64,000 nucleotides of DNA from Spirochaetales bacterium. GTDB taxonomy: Bacteria; Spirochaetota; Spirochaetia; JABEVK01. The notes beneath the pieces are model-generated. The model was not told the origin of the DNA and ran no database searches. It worked only from the letters and a program-made list of their open reading frames with translations. Positions within the stretch are counted from its first letter, which is position 1. Each line of letters begins with the position of its first letter. The stretch lies in contig DAIDHT010000018.1 of NCBI GenBank assembly GCA_027451945.1, positions 499-64,498 of the forward strand, written 5' to 3'. Below are positions 18,847-28,831 of the stretch, piece by piece. Made by a program: the position numbers and the translations under genes.

Positions 18847-19803
18847 ATGGATTTTTTCGAATTGTCAGCCTTTCTCGCCCTTGCGAGAACCCTCCATTTC
18901 GCCAAAGCCGCCGGTCAGGTGAATACCAGTCCGTCGGCCCTGAGCCGGATCGTCGCCCGTCTCGAAGAAGAGGCGGGGGTGCCACTCTTTGAGCGCGATA
19001 CCCGAAGGGTGGCTCTCACCGAAGAAGGCCGGCTGTTTTGTGACTTTGCGCGCGAGGTCTTGCGGCAAAAAGAAACGCTTCACGAAACTCTTGCCTCGTG
19101 GAAGGGGCGCCTTCGTGGGGCCCTACGGGTCTGGGCTTCAGTAACCGCGTGTTATTCCATTTTACCACCGTTTGCCGCTCAGCTGAGGTTATCGCACCCC
19201 GACCTCCACTTGGCGATTCAAACTGGTGACCCGGCCGAGGCCGAAACCGCTTTGCGTAACGACGAAGTTGACTTGGCTTTGGCCGCCCTCCCCGAAGAAG
19301 GACTAAGCGGCTTACCCAGCTTTTCGGTTAAGAGGTCCCCGCTGGTCTTTGTCATGGCCAAGGACGCTCCCCTGCCCGCCTGGGAACAAGCAAGCTACAT
19401 CCTTCCGTCACGTGGTCTAGCTCGAGAACGCTTTGACCGTTGGGCACGAAACCAAAAACTCAAGCCCTCGGTGGCCGCCGAAACAGCGGGCAATGAGGCG
19501 ATTTTGGCCTTGGCCCGGCTGGGCTTGGGGCTGGGGTTAGTGCCTCGCATCGTTTTAGATAACAGCCCCTTTGCCGATGGCCTCGACATTCTGCCCACGT
19601 TACCCGAGCTGGGTGAGTACGATATTGGCTTTGCGTTTTACAACCGCTCGCCGCGCTTTAGCCAAGCGGTCGCTGGCGTCTTAGAAGCCGCCTACCCCGA
19701 GGGTTCTTGGAAAGCAACCTCACATACGCTACACTTCGGGCATGGCTCGAGCTATCGTTCTTCTGACAGCCCTGACTCTGCTTTGTCTAACCCCTCTGCC
19801 TAG
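18847..19803 (+). CDS. ilvY: LysR-family activator IlvY
   Basis: HTH LHFAKAA..VNTSPSALSR; SVTACYSILP typical of IlvY; divergent from ilvC. Confidence 0.88.
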   Translation: MDFFELSAFLALARTLHFAKAAGQVNTSPSALSRIVARLEEEAGVPLFERDTRRVALTEEGRLFCDFAREVLRQKETLHETLASWKGRLRGALRVWASVTACYSILPPFAAQLRLSHPDLHLAIQTGDPAEAETALRNDEVDLALAALPEEGLSGLPSFSVKRSPLVFVMAKDAPLPAWEQASYILPSRGLARERFDRWARNQKLKPSVAAETAGNEAILALARLGLGLGLVPRIVLDNSPFADGLDILPTLPELGEYDIGFAFYNRSPRFSQAVAGVLEAAYPEGSWKATSHTLHFGHGSSYRSSDSPDSALSNPSA

Positions 19804-20614
19804 GCTAGAGGCCCAAACCGTACACGCCGGTTCACTCGCCGAGGTCCAAGCTCGCGCCCAGCGCGAACACAAGCCGGTGGCCCTCTATTTTTCTGGGGGA
19901 GCCTGGTGCCAACCCGCCCTTCGCCTCAAAGCCGAGGTTTTTGACAGCTCAGAGTTTTCTACGGCCACCCAGGATGTTCTTTGGTTTACCCTTGAGTTCC
20001 CCCAGCAAGAAGACCAGGCTTCTGCGCAAGACTTGGCCCTCGCCGCCCGTTATGGGGTTACCACTTTGCCCCAGGTTGTACTCACAACCCCCACAGGGTT
20101 GCCCTTCGCCCGTTTGTCCGGTTACAAAACGGGGGGTGCACAGACTTACTTGGCCGATATCAAGGCCCTTTTGCCTCAACAGGAACGTCTTGAGGCCCTG
20201 CAAAAAGCGGGAACAACGGTAAAAGCCCTCGACGCCCTGTACCGGGAAGCCGAGCGGGATGACGTCGCCCAAACCAGCGCTTTTGCCGGCATCCCCCAAG
20301 AAATCTCGCACCTTGACCCCGGATCTGGCGGCCTCGGCGACCGTTACCGGCTGTTGGACAAATACAACGCTCTTATAGAATCGTGGTCAGGACCGGTAAA
20401 CTGGCAAGACGCGGCCAACAAACTCACGAAGTTAGCGGCGCGAGCCCAAGCCTACCCGCATTTACAGCAAACGATCTTGGTCACGTTGGGTAGCCTTTAC
20501 TTTGACGCTCTTCATGAAGAAGACCTGGCCAAAAGCACGTTAGTGCAAGCTTTAGCCCTAGGGGATACCCCCGAGGCTCACCAGGCGCGGCGTCTGCTTG
20601 ACCGTCTTCCCTAA
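19742..20614 (+). CDS. Exported thioredoxin-like protein (WCQPA motif) with helical C-terminus
   Basis: Signal peptide; LYFSGGAWCQPA; YGVTTLPQVV cis-Pro loop. Confidence 0.7.
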   Translation: MARAIVLLTALTLLCLTPLPRLEAQTVHAGSLAEVQARAQREHKPVALYFSGGAWCQPALRLKAEVFDSSEFSTATQDVLWFTLEFPQQEDQASAQDLALAARYGVTTLPQVVLTTPTGLPFARLSGYKTGGAQTYLADIKALLPQQERLEALQKAGTTVKALDALYREAERDDVAQTSAFAGIPQEISHLDPGSGGLGDRYRLLDKYNALIESWSGPVNWQDAANKLTKLAARAQAYPHLQQTILVTLGSLYFDALHEEDLAKSTLVQALALGDTPEAHQARRLLDRLP

Positions 20615-20638
20615 AAACCCAACAGATAAGGACTACCC

Positions 20639-21316
20639 ATGACAGAACCAGAAAGACCTAGCGAAGCCGTTCTCGACAAAGTTCGCAAGTTGCTCGCCCT
20701 GGGAGCCTCGCCCAGCGAAGCCGAAGCGACCGCCGCCGTCGAAAAGGCCCGTGTTCTGTTAGCCCGCTGGGGCATGACGCTCTCGGATATTGAAAAAGAA
20801 AAACTTTCCACGCTCGAAGAAACGCTTCTTGAAAAGAAAAGGCTAAGACCCTGGGAATTGGATCTCATTAGTGTGGTCTGTCAGGCAAGCTTTACGAAGG
20901 CCCTCAGGAGCAACGGTCGAATTCTCATCATTGGACGCCAGGTCAACGTCGCTAGCGCCCAGGCCTTGTTTTCGTACCTTCACCCGCTCTTGGTGTTTTT
21001 GGGGCGGGTCTATAACAGGCCCACGCTTCACGTTGAAAGCTTTAGGCGCGGAGTGGTCAATCGACTCTGGCAAAGGCTGAAAGAAACCCTAGCGGAAACC
21101 TCGGACGGTTCCAACTCAGGTACGCCACAAGCGCAGGAGGAACGGGCTTTGGTTGTCCAGATGGAACAGGTGACCGAGCGCGAAAATGCCGCCCACCTGG
21201 CAGCAAAGCACGGCCCTACCAAAACGGTCAGAACCAAACAAAGGGTACACGGTGAATCTTTTCAACGGGGAAAGGTTGTGGGCGACACGATCTCACTCAA
21301 TCGCCAGTTGGACTAA
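20639..21316 (+). CDS. DUF2786 domain-containing protein
   Basis: N-terminal LDKVRKLLAL..SPSEAEA.AA..KA..LL; SFRRG segment. Confidence 0.8.
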   Translation: MTEPERPSEAVLDKVRKLLALGASPSEAEATAAVEKARVLLARWGMTLSDIEKEKLSTLEETLLEKKRLRPWELDLISVVCQASFTKALRSNGRILIIGRQVNVASAQALFSYLHPLLVFLGRVYNRPTLHVESFRRGVVNRLWQRLKETLAETSDGSNSGTPQAQEERALVVQMEQVTERENAAHLAAKHGPTKTVRTKQRVHGESFQRGKVVGDTISLNRQLD

Positions 21317-21358
21317 CCTTTACCTCAGGGGCTAGCTACAGGGTCGACGAGCAGCCGT

Positions 21359-23194
21359 CTACCAGCCGTTCACCACTTCAAGGGCGGTGCGGACGTTACC
21401 AAAGGGGGGGCTGACTTGAAGTCCCTGGACACGGTGACGCAGGCGTTGGATGATCTCACGGCTGATGGCGATACCATCACTGCGGGCAGCGTCCTTGTCG
21501 GTGTGCCGCTCCATGCGTGTCAGAATCGAGGGCGGAATCACCACGCCTGGCACCTCGCTGGCCAAGAACACGGCGTTACGGTAGCTGGCTAGAGGCCAAA
21601 CGCCGAGAATAACGGGTTTGCCCAGCTTTTGAAGCTCGTCGAGAAACCGTTCAAGCTGATCGACGTCCCAAACCGGTTGGGTAACAAAGTATTCCGTGCC
21701 TGCCTCGGCCTTGAGCTTGGCTCGTTCCAGTTCTTTTTCAGGAACAGGAAAGGCTGGGTTCACGCCAGTACCGTGAACAAAAGAGGTCACCGAGGGGAGC
21801 TCATCGCCCCCCATGTCCACACCGGCATTGAACCGACGAACAATGCGAGTTAAACCGACGGCATCGGTATCAAAGACTCCCGTCACGTTGGGGTACTTGC
21901 CAACCTTGGGCGGGTCGCCCGTGACCAAAAGGACGTTGCGAAGCCCGGCGGCGTGGTAACCAAACAAATCGCCCTGAAGACCAATCAGGTTCTTGTCGCG
22001 GCAGGCCATATGAAGAACACTCTCCATCCCTGTGGCGCGAGCCACTTCAACGGCCGCGACTAACGCCGACAGTCGGGCGCTGGCCCGAGGCCCATCGGGA
22101 AAGTTCACAAACTCAACCCCGCCATCCTTTAACGCACGAGCCTTTTCAAGAAGGCCCGATAGGTCAACGCCCAAGGGGGAAACTAGCTCAACCAAGTTCA
22201 CCCAGCGGCCCGTTGCCAACGCCTGCCCCAATTGCGAACGCTCTGCCAAAGGAACACCGGGCTTTTCGACGGCCGTAGCCACTGACGCCCACCGCACGGC
22301 CCGGCGGCCAGCATCAAAGGTTAAGACTGCCTGGGCCATCTTTTCGGTATGTTCGGGGGTTGTACCGCAGTCTCCGCCAACGACGAGGGCGCCGCCATCG
22401 ACATATAACTTGGCAAACTCGGCAAAATACTCGGGTGAGGTCAGGTAAAACTGCCGTCCGTCAATTTCTTTGGGGAACCCCGAGTCCGGCATAATCGCAA
22501 TCGGCTTGGTAACCGTTTTCTTTAAAACAGCCAGGACTTCGAGCGCTTCGGTGGGCCCCATGAGGTTCATCCCCACCGCGTCTACGTCGAGAGTCTCAAA
22601 AAAGGCAGCCCATGCCTCCGCTTCGGCTTTATAGGCTTCTGGGTCGGGCAAAAAGGTCCGCGCAAACGTAAATTGTGCCTGAATAGGAACTTCAGGCGCC
22701 AAGCGTCTTGCCACTTCAACGGCTAGGGCCAGTTCCCGGCGGTTCGAGAAAGTTTCTAACAGCAAGAGGTCTACTCCCGAGCGCACCAGGGCCCCCAGGT
22801 GGGCTTCAAACGACGCTCGCGCCTCTTCTTCCGACAGGGCGCCTTCGGGGGCAATCAGACGACCGGTGGGTCCCGCGCTCCCGGCGACGTACACGGTATC
22901 CCCTGCCGCCTCACGAGCTAACCTTACGGCTGCACGGTTGATCTGTTCCGTTTTGTCGGCTAACCCAAACCCTTTAAGCTTGAGCGGATTGGCGCCGTAG
23001 GTATTGGTTTCAATCGCTTGCGCACCACAGCTGATGTACTCGCGATGAACGTCGAGCACCATCTGCGGATTGGTCAGGCATACCTCCTCGAAACACTTCT
23101 TGAGGTAAACGCCTTTGCTGAAAAGATAGGTGGCCATCGCGCCGTCAAAAACCAGGACGCCGTCCCGGAGCCGCTCGGGGTAAGGTTTAAGCAT
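21359..23194 (-). CDS. YitJ-like fusion of homocysteine S-methyltransferase and methylenetetrahydrofolate reductase (Zn site degenerate)
   Basis: FDGAMAT, IETNTYGAN, ETF; C-terminal MTHFR-like CRDKNL, VTGDPPKVG, FVTQPV. Confidence 0.88.
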   Translation of the reverse strand: MLKPYPERLRDGVLVFDGAMATYLFSKGVYLKKCFEEVCLTNPQMVLDVHREYISCGAQAIETNTYGANPLKLKGFGLADKTEQINRAAVRLAREAAGDTVYVAGSAGPTGRLIAPEGALSEEEARASFEAHLGALVRSGVDLLLLETFSNRRELALAVEVARRLAPEVPIQAQFTFARTFLPDPEAYKAEAEAWAAFFETLDVDAVGMNLMGPTEALEVLAVLKKTVTKPIAIMPDSGFPKEIDGRQFYLTSPEYFAEFAKLYVDGGALVVGGDCGTTPEHTEKMAQAVLTFDAGRRAVRWASVATAVEKPGVPLAERSQLGQALATGRWVNLVELVSPLGVDLSGLLEKARALKDGGVEFVNFPDGPRASARLSALVAAVEVARATGMESVLHMACRDKNLIGLQGDLFGYHAAGLRNVLLVTGDPPKVGKYPNVTGVFDTDAVGLTRIVRRFNAGVDMGGDELPSVTSFVHGTGVNPAFPVPEKELERAKLKAEAGTEYFVTQPVWDVDQLERFLDELQKLGKPVILGVWPLASYRNAVFLASEVPGVVIPPSILTRMERHTDKDAARSDGIAISREIIQRLRHRVQGLQVSPPFGNVRTALEVVNGW

Positions 23195-23261
23195 AGCTGG
23201 TTTTATGACGAATTGGCCCCCGGGAGCAAGTCCGCGGCTTGGACTTAGGCTTCCGGTAGCG

Positions 23262-25313
23262 TTAGGCTTCCTCCAACTTTAAGCTCTGGCAGGCCTGGAT
23301 GTACGCCGCCGCCGACCAGGCCTGGAAGCGTTTTCCCATAGGCATTCCCGTCCGTCCGTGCACCCACTCGTTGAACTCCCAAGGACTGACTTTGCCTTGA
23401 CGGTTGAGCTGTGCCAATTTGACAAGTTCCTTGCAAGCAACGTCGTACAACCCCAACTTTTGAATGAACAACACCCAGTAGCCGCCAATGAACGGCCAAA
23501 TGCCGCCGTTGTGATAATGATGAGGTAAGTTCAGCAAATTGACCGTGTAATAGGGTTTCCAGTCGGGGTCGCCGTATTGCACAGGAGGGTAGAGGTTGGT
23601 TACCGGCCAGGGCGAGTTGACCCCCACTCCCCACAAAAACTTAAAGACAACCTTAGCTTGCTCAATATCAATGACATTAAAATGAAAGGCTAAGAGGTTG
23701 CCCAAAACGTCGCAGCGCCAGTTAAAGCCAAATGGCGAAAGCTCGGCTAAAAGGTAAGAGGTATCCCCCAACGAAAATTGCCGGTCGGCAAAGGTTTGGT
23801 CAAAAGGAACGTCCGAAGGAGCTGTGCGCGGCCAAAACGACGCTAAAATCTTGTAGCGAATTTTCTGGGCGCTCTGCAGGTACTTCGAGGATAACTCTGT
23901 TTCGCCCGCTAGTTCCAACAACCGGCTGTAGGCAACATGGACGCGGTACCAGAGCACTTCATCGTAAAGGACGTGGTAACTTCGTCCAAACAGATCTGTC
24001 CAATCCCCGGCCTCGGGAACTTCTAACAGCCCATCGAGATTGGCGTCCTGGGCCTCAAGAAAGCGCATGACATGTTTCAGGGTATCGCGGTAGCGTTTCC
24101 AAAGATCCCAGTCTTGTGTCTTGGTCACGTAGGCCGAAAAAGCGATGACGGCCCAGAGCCCTGCATCAATGGCGCAGATGCCTCCTACCCCGCCATAATC
24201 CGCCTCGCGCGTGTCGACCCTGACGTTGGCCGGGGTGTGTCCGCTGGGGGTAACGTGATCAAACAAGGTGACCAAGGTGGCTCGTTGGGCCGCGCGAATT
24301 TCAGGGTCCTCTAAGTCCAAAGTCAGAACAAGGGTGATCGCGCCGTCACGGGCCCATACCGAGCGGTAGTTGACATCTGTTCCGACCACGTCATTGTCCG
24401 CCAGCGAACACGCCGTGAACCCCAGAGGGGTGATGTTGCGTTTCAGGGCGATCAACGCTTGTTCATAGCCCTCCAGAATTAGGCTTCGTTCCTCCGAGGT
24501 AAGATCCCCGAAAGCATCCTGACTGAACAGCATGCGCAGCGTGGCATCGCCCCCCGGCGTCGCCTGTGGTTGAGGCGCTTCAGGCAGAACACCAAAATGG
24601 TGCAGACCTTCGAGCACCCCTTCGGCGTGGGCTTTGCTCGCCATAAACGCGGGGATAGGGACGACCGCTTCAAGCAATTCCGGAAGGGCGTTTTCAACAA
24701 CGATACGGTTCACGTCCGGCAACAAAAACATATTCGTGTCGTTGCCAGAATCGCCAGCCACAGCCACATCGCTCAAGGGGAGATCTAACCACGAGGCCAA
24801 CCACCTCAGTGACGCTCCCTTACCCGCTTCACGCGGCACAATATCAAGGTCACGTTGGCTGGAATAGATAAGCTTTACCTCCAGGCCCTCACGCTCCAAA
24901 CGGTCTCGGATGCCCTGAATTACTTCGACGGAAGCATTAGGTAAAAACCAGCTGGACTTATACGCCTGCAAGAATTTGGCCGGTTGACGCGAAGCCCCCG
25001 GAACCAGTCGCATAATTTGGTCAATCTTGTTCCAATCCCAGGTCGAGTTAAACTGGGCGGTAAATTCACGGACGGGACGCTTTTTTCGGCCATCGTAAAT
25101 CTGGGTTCCCACCCCTCCTATAATAAAATCCGGCCAGGGAAGAGTTCCTCGCGACAAGAGGTCGACGACATCCTGGACAAGCCGGCCCGAGTTGTAGCAC
25201 AACAGCGGGCGGTGAAGACTATCTAAGTGACGCCAGGTATCCCGAAAGCGGATCAAGGCTTCGTCGTTCCCCAACAGGGTACCATCAAGGTCAGAGCAAA
25301 ATAAACGAACCAC
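23262..25313 (-). CDS. HAD-IIB sugar-phosphate phosphatase (SPP/MfppA-like) fused to a GH100-like glycoside hydrolase
   Basis: SDLDGTL, SGR, AGDSGND in the N-terminus; VWARDG, IDAGLW, GDWTD, HYHNGGIWP, EFNEW, QAWSAA in the C-terminus. Confidence 0.85.
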   Translation of the reverse strand: MVRLFCSDLDGTLLGNDEALIRFRDTWRHLDSLHRPLLCYNSGRLVQDVVDLLSRGTLPWPDFIIGGVGTQIYDGRKKRPVREFTAQFNSTWDWNKIDQIMRLVPGASRQPAKFLQAYKSSWFLPNASVEVIQGIRDRLEREGLEVKLIYSSQRDLDIVPREAGKGASLRWLASWLDLPLSDVAVAGDSGNDTNMFLLPDVNRIVVENALPELLEAVVPIPAFMASKAHAEGVLEGLHHFGVLPEAPQPQATPGGDATLRMLFSQDAFGDLTSEERSLILEGYEQALIALKRNITPLGFTACSLADNDVVGTDVNYRSVWARDGAITLVLTLDLEDPEIRAAQRATLVTLFDHVTPSGHTPANVRVDTREADYGGVGGICAIDAGLWAVIAFSAYVTKTQDWDLWKRYRDTLKHVMRFLEAQDANLDGLLEVPEAGDWTDLFGRSYHVLYDEVLWYRVHVAYSRLLELAGETELSSKYLQSAQKIRYKILASFWPRTAPSDVPFDQTFADRQFSLGDTSYLLAELSPFGFNWRCDVLGNLLAFHFNVIDIEQAKVVFKFLWGVGVNSPWPVTNLYPPVQYGDPDWKPYYTVNLLNLPHHYHNGGIWPFIGGYWVLFIQKLGLYDVACKELVKLAQLNRQGKVSPWEFNEWVHGRTGMPMGKRFQAWSAAAYIQACQSLKLEEA

Positions 25314-25316
25314 GAT

Positions 25317-26657
25317 TCAGCCTTCCTCCACCCAAGGGTCTGCCCAGTGATCATCTTCAAACTCTGGGGCCGTGGACGGCTTTTCAATTTGTAAAATTAA
25401 CTGCTGGGCTATGCCGGTCCAGGTAAATAAACCCCGCATTCGATGCGCCCCCATCATGGACAACCGATTCCGCATCCGTTCATGCTGAAAGATCTTGGTC
25501 ATGGTAATTCCAAAGTCCAACGGGTCAAAAGGGTCGGCGAATAAGGCGTGACGTCCAAACGAGAGGGCCCGGAACAGCCCGCCCTTGGTGGTAACCACCG
25601 TTGGAGTCCCACACGCCATGGCCTCGACGGCGGTCATCCCAAACGGCTCATACCGGCTGGACAGAGCAAAGAGGTCGGCAGCGCGGTAATAGTCGGGCAG
25701 GTCGTTGTCCGGGATAAAGTTCCCAAAGTCGACACGGTCACTAAGGCCTAGCCGCGCTGTTTGCGCCTTGAGTTCTTGTAAAAGCTCTTGTTCCGAGGGG
25801 CTAATACTTTCGCCGCCAACCGCCAGTAAAAGCCTCGCATCGGGAATGCGCTCTGCGACAATGGCAAAGGCGTCAATCAACAAGTCATAACCTTTATTGC
25901 GGGCTAAGCGACCCAGAGCTAACACTGTTCGCCCCTTAAAGCCTAGACTTTCACGCAGAGCCCTGCGGCTGGCTTCGCTAATGGGGTAAAAACGCCGGTC
26001 ATCGTAGCCTGGGGGAATCATCCTGAGCTTCTCGGCTTTGACCTCGTAGTCATGCGAAATCAAATAGTACTGCTGGGGAGTGGTCGCCACCACCAGCTGA
26101 GCCTGCTTCATCAGGCGTTTTTCTTCAGAAATACGGCGAGTAAAATTGTACTGTTCCTCGAAGTTGTCTTGGTCGCCAGGAAAATCCTGCTCCATTTGCG
26201 CTTTCTTCCAAGTCCCCAAAGAGTGCGGTGTAAAGACCAGAGGGGCTCCCAGCTCCCGAGACAAAAGCTCTCCCGCTACGCCAGCGTCCCAGTAATGGCA
26301 ATTCAGGAACTGGTATTTAAGACCGTGCTTGTGAATGAAGGACGAGGTGTTCCTAACCCATTCGTCTAACGAGTCGGCAAGGTACTCTTTGGGGATAAAA
26401 TCAGGGCCGCCGCAGGGTGAACGCAGAACCCGCACCCGGTCGTTGACAGGTTCCCAAGCGGGCTGACCTTCAAACTGGCGGGTCCAAATATCCACCTCGT
26501 AGCCAAGATCAGCCAGCTTTTTGGACAGCTCCAGGACGTAAACAACCTGCCCTCCGGTGTCACGGGCCCCCAAAGGGGGGACTGCCGCCACGTAGCCATG
26601 AGTCGATATCATGGCGATCCGGGGACGGGTGCGATGGGGGATAAAATGTGTTTCCAT
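25317..26657 (-). CDS. GT4 mannosylfructose-/sucrose-phosphate synthase-like glycosyltransferase
   Basis: ISTHGYVAA.PPLG..DTGGQVVYVLEL, FIPKEYL, HYWDAG, TPHSLG, YEPFGMTAVEAMACG. Confidence 0.88.
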   Translation of the reverse strand: METHFIPHRTRPRIAMISTHGYVAAVPPLGARDTGGQVVYVLELSKKLADLGYEVDIWTRQFEGQPAWEPVNDRVRVLRSPCGGPDFIPKEYLADSLDEWVRNTSSFIHKHGLKYQFLNCHYWDAGVAGELLSRELGAPLVFTPHSLGTWKKAQMEQDFPGDQDNFEEQYNFTRRISEEKRLMKQAQLVVATTPQQYYLISHDYEVKAEKLRMIPPGYDDRRFYPISEASRRALRESLGFKGRTVLALGRLARNKGYDLLIDAFAIVAERIPDARLLLAVGGESISPSEQELLQELKAQTARLGLSDRVDFGNFIPDNDLPDYYRAADLFALSSRYEPFGMTAVEAMACGTPTVVTTKGGLFRALSFGRHALFADPFDPLDFGITMTKIFQHERMRNRLSMMGAHRMRGLFTWTGIAQQLILQIEKPSTAPEFEDDHWADPWVEEG

Positions 26658-26774
26658 AGGTTAAACCTAGTAATATCCCGGCGCTTTGTCAGGCTTTTTT
26701 GAAAAAAAGACCAAAATTTCCGTCAAAATTTCCGCTACCCGGGCCGGGCCGTCTCTTGTATATTGAAGCCACCC

Positions 26775-27809
26775 ATGAGTAATTCCCTTCCGTATGATGG
26801 ACTTTTGTATGTGTCCTTTGGTGGCCCCGAGGGCCCCGAGGACGTTCTTCCGTTTCTGCGCAACGTGACCCGGGGCCGGGGGGTTCCCGAAGAGCGGCTG
26901 GCAGAAGTCGCTCACCACTACGATTTATTTCACGGAAAAAGCCCCCTCAATGACCAGAACCGCGCCGTGATCGCCGCCTTACAACAAGAGTTTGCCCGAC
27001 GGGGGCTTGATCTCCCCATTTGGTTCGGAAACCGCAATTGGCATCCTTTTCTGACCGAAACCCTTGCGGGTATCAAGGCCCAGAAGCTTTTAGCTTTTGT
27101 CACCTCGGCTTTCAGCAGTTACAGTGGTTGTCGACAGTACCGTGAAGATTTAGAACAAGCGCGCCAAGCCGTACCTGGCTCTCCCTCCGTCGATAAGCTT
27201 CGTGTTTTTTACAATCACCCGGGGTTTTTGACAGCGGCAACCGAACGTATTCAAGAAGCCCTAGAGGCCTGGCCGCCGGAGGAACGCTCAGACGTCGAGC
27301 TGATTTTTACCGCCCATAGCATTCCTGTCTCGATGGCCCGTCATTCCGACTACGAAGCACAGCTAAACGACGCTGGCGACCTCATCGCGAACCGACTGGG
27401 CCACCCCCGGTGGAGGCTGGCGTTTCAAAGCCGAAGTGGCCCCCCGCAGGTTCCCTGGCTCGGGCCCGATATCCTTGAGGTTTTACGTGACCTGGCACCT
27501 GAGACCCGTGTTGTCATCATGCCTTTGGGCTTTCTTAACGACCACCTTGAAGTCTTGTACGATTTGGATGTCGAGGCACGTCAGCTGGCAACCGAATTAA
27601 AACTCGACCTGAGACGCGCTGGCACCGTAGGCTGTCACCCGGCTTTTATCGGTGCCATTGCCGACTTGGTGCAAGAACGCCTCGACCCCACTAGGCCAAA
27701 ACTTGCCGAAGGAAAAAGGGGCCCCAAAGAAGATACCTGCCCCGAAACCTGTTGTTTAAACCCCGTAACGGCCCGTCCAGGCCGCACTGCCCCCCAGGAG
27801 ACTCCATGA
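26775..27809 (+). CDS. hemH: Ferrochelatase (probably coproporphyrin ferrochelatase, CpfC)
   Basis: SFGGPE, GNRNWHP, SYSGCRQY, FTAHSIP, QSRSG..WL.PD, DHLEVLYDLD; C-terminal CPETCC. Confidence 0.92.
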   Translation: MSNSLPYDGLLYVSFGGPEGPEDVLPFLRNVTRGRGVPEERLAEVAHHYDLFHGKSPLNDQNRAVIAALQQEFARRGLDLPIWFGNRNWHPFLTETLAGIKAQKLLAFVTSAFSSYSGCRQYREDLEQARQAVPGSPSVDKLRVFYNHPGFLTAATERIQEALEAWPPEERSDVELIFTAHSIPVSMARHSDYEAQLNDAGDLIANRLGHPRWRLAFQSRSGPPQVPWLGPDILEVLRDLAPETRVVIMPLGFLNDHLEVLYDLDVEARQLATELKLDLRRAGTVGCHPAFIGAIADLVQERLDPTRPKLAEGKRGPKEDTCPETCCLNPVTARPGRTAPQETP

Positions 27810-28831
27810 GCAACTTTCTTGCCGCATGTCGGCGACAACCGGTAACCCAAATTCCCGTTTGGTTTTTACGCCAGGCCGGGCGCTATATGGCCGCTTACCG
27901 CGAGGTTCGTTCGCGCTATTCTTTCCTCGAAATGGTTAAAAACCCCGAGGCGGCTTGCGAAGTTACCCTTCAGCCCGTTGAAGCCTTTGGCGTTGACGCC
28001 GCAATTATCTTTGCCGACATCCTACCTCCGCTAGAAACTCTGGGCTTTCAGCTGGAGTTTGTTCACGGGGAAGGCCCACTGATCCGTAACCCTCTTCGAG
28101 AAGCCGGCCAGGTGGCAAGGCTCAAAGACCCCGATCCGAAACACGATCTGGCGTTTACCTTTGAAGCTCTTCGTCTAGCCCGCCGTCGTTTAGAGTCTCG
28201 GGGAACGCCCCTGATTGGCTTTGCTGGCGCTCCCTTCACCCTGGCCTCTTACGCCATCGAAGGGGGAGGAAGCCGCGACAAAGCTCTCACGAAAACCTGG
28301 ATGCGTAGCAATCCCGACGCTTGGGCCCACTTTATGACCATCTTGGCCGATTTGACGGCGGCCTATCTGACCGAACAGGTGGCGGCAGGGGCCCAGGCAC
28401 TCCAGCTCTTTGACAGCTGGATCGGCGAGCTGTCACCTGGAGATTACCGCACCTATGTGCAACCGTATTCCCAACGGGTCTTAAACGCCCTCGCACCGTT
28501 GAACGTTCCCCTCATCCATTTCGGAACGGGAACGGCCGGGTTTCTCGAGAATCTGCGCGAGGCAGGTGGTCACGTCATTGGTTTAGACTGGCGCGTGGAT
28601 GCCCTCGAGGCTAGTCGTCGCTTAGGGGCGAATATTGCTGTGCAAGGGAACCTTGACCCCACGCTTTTGCTGGCTCCTTGGGAGGTACTTCGCGGCGAAG
28701 CCGATCGTCTGCTTGATCAGTTAGGCTCTCGTCCAGGATTTATCTTTAACGTTGGCCATGGCTTGTTGCCCACAACCCCCGAAGACCAAGTCGCCCGGCT
28801 CGTCGAGCATGTTCATGCCCATGTCGTCTGA
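27806..28831 (+). CDS. hemE: Uroporphyrinogen decarboxylase
   Basis: PVWFLRQAGRY, IIFADI, GFAGAPFTLASY, QLFDSW, QGNLDP, FNVGHG; ATGA overlap with hemH. Confidence 0.96.
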   Translation: MSNFLAACRRQPVTQIPVWFLRQAGRYMAAYREVRSRYSFLEMVKNPEAACEVTLQPVEAFGVDAAIIFADILPPLETLGFQLEFVHGEGPLIRNPLREAGQVARLKDPDPKHDLAFTFEALRLARRRLESRGTPLIGFAGAPFTLASYAIEGGGSRDKALTKTWMRSNPDAWAHFMTILADLTAAYLTEQVAAGAQALQLFDSWIGELSPGDYRTYVQPYSQRVLNALAPLNVPLIHFGTGTAGFLENLREAGGHVIGLDWRVDALEASRRLGANIAVQGNLDPTLLLAPWEVLRGEADRLLDQLGSRPGFIFNVGHGLLPTTPEDQVARLVEHVHAHVV

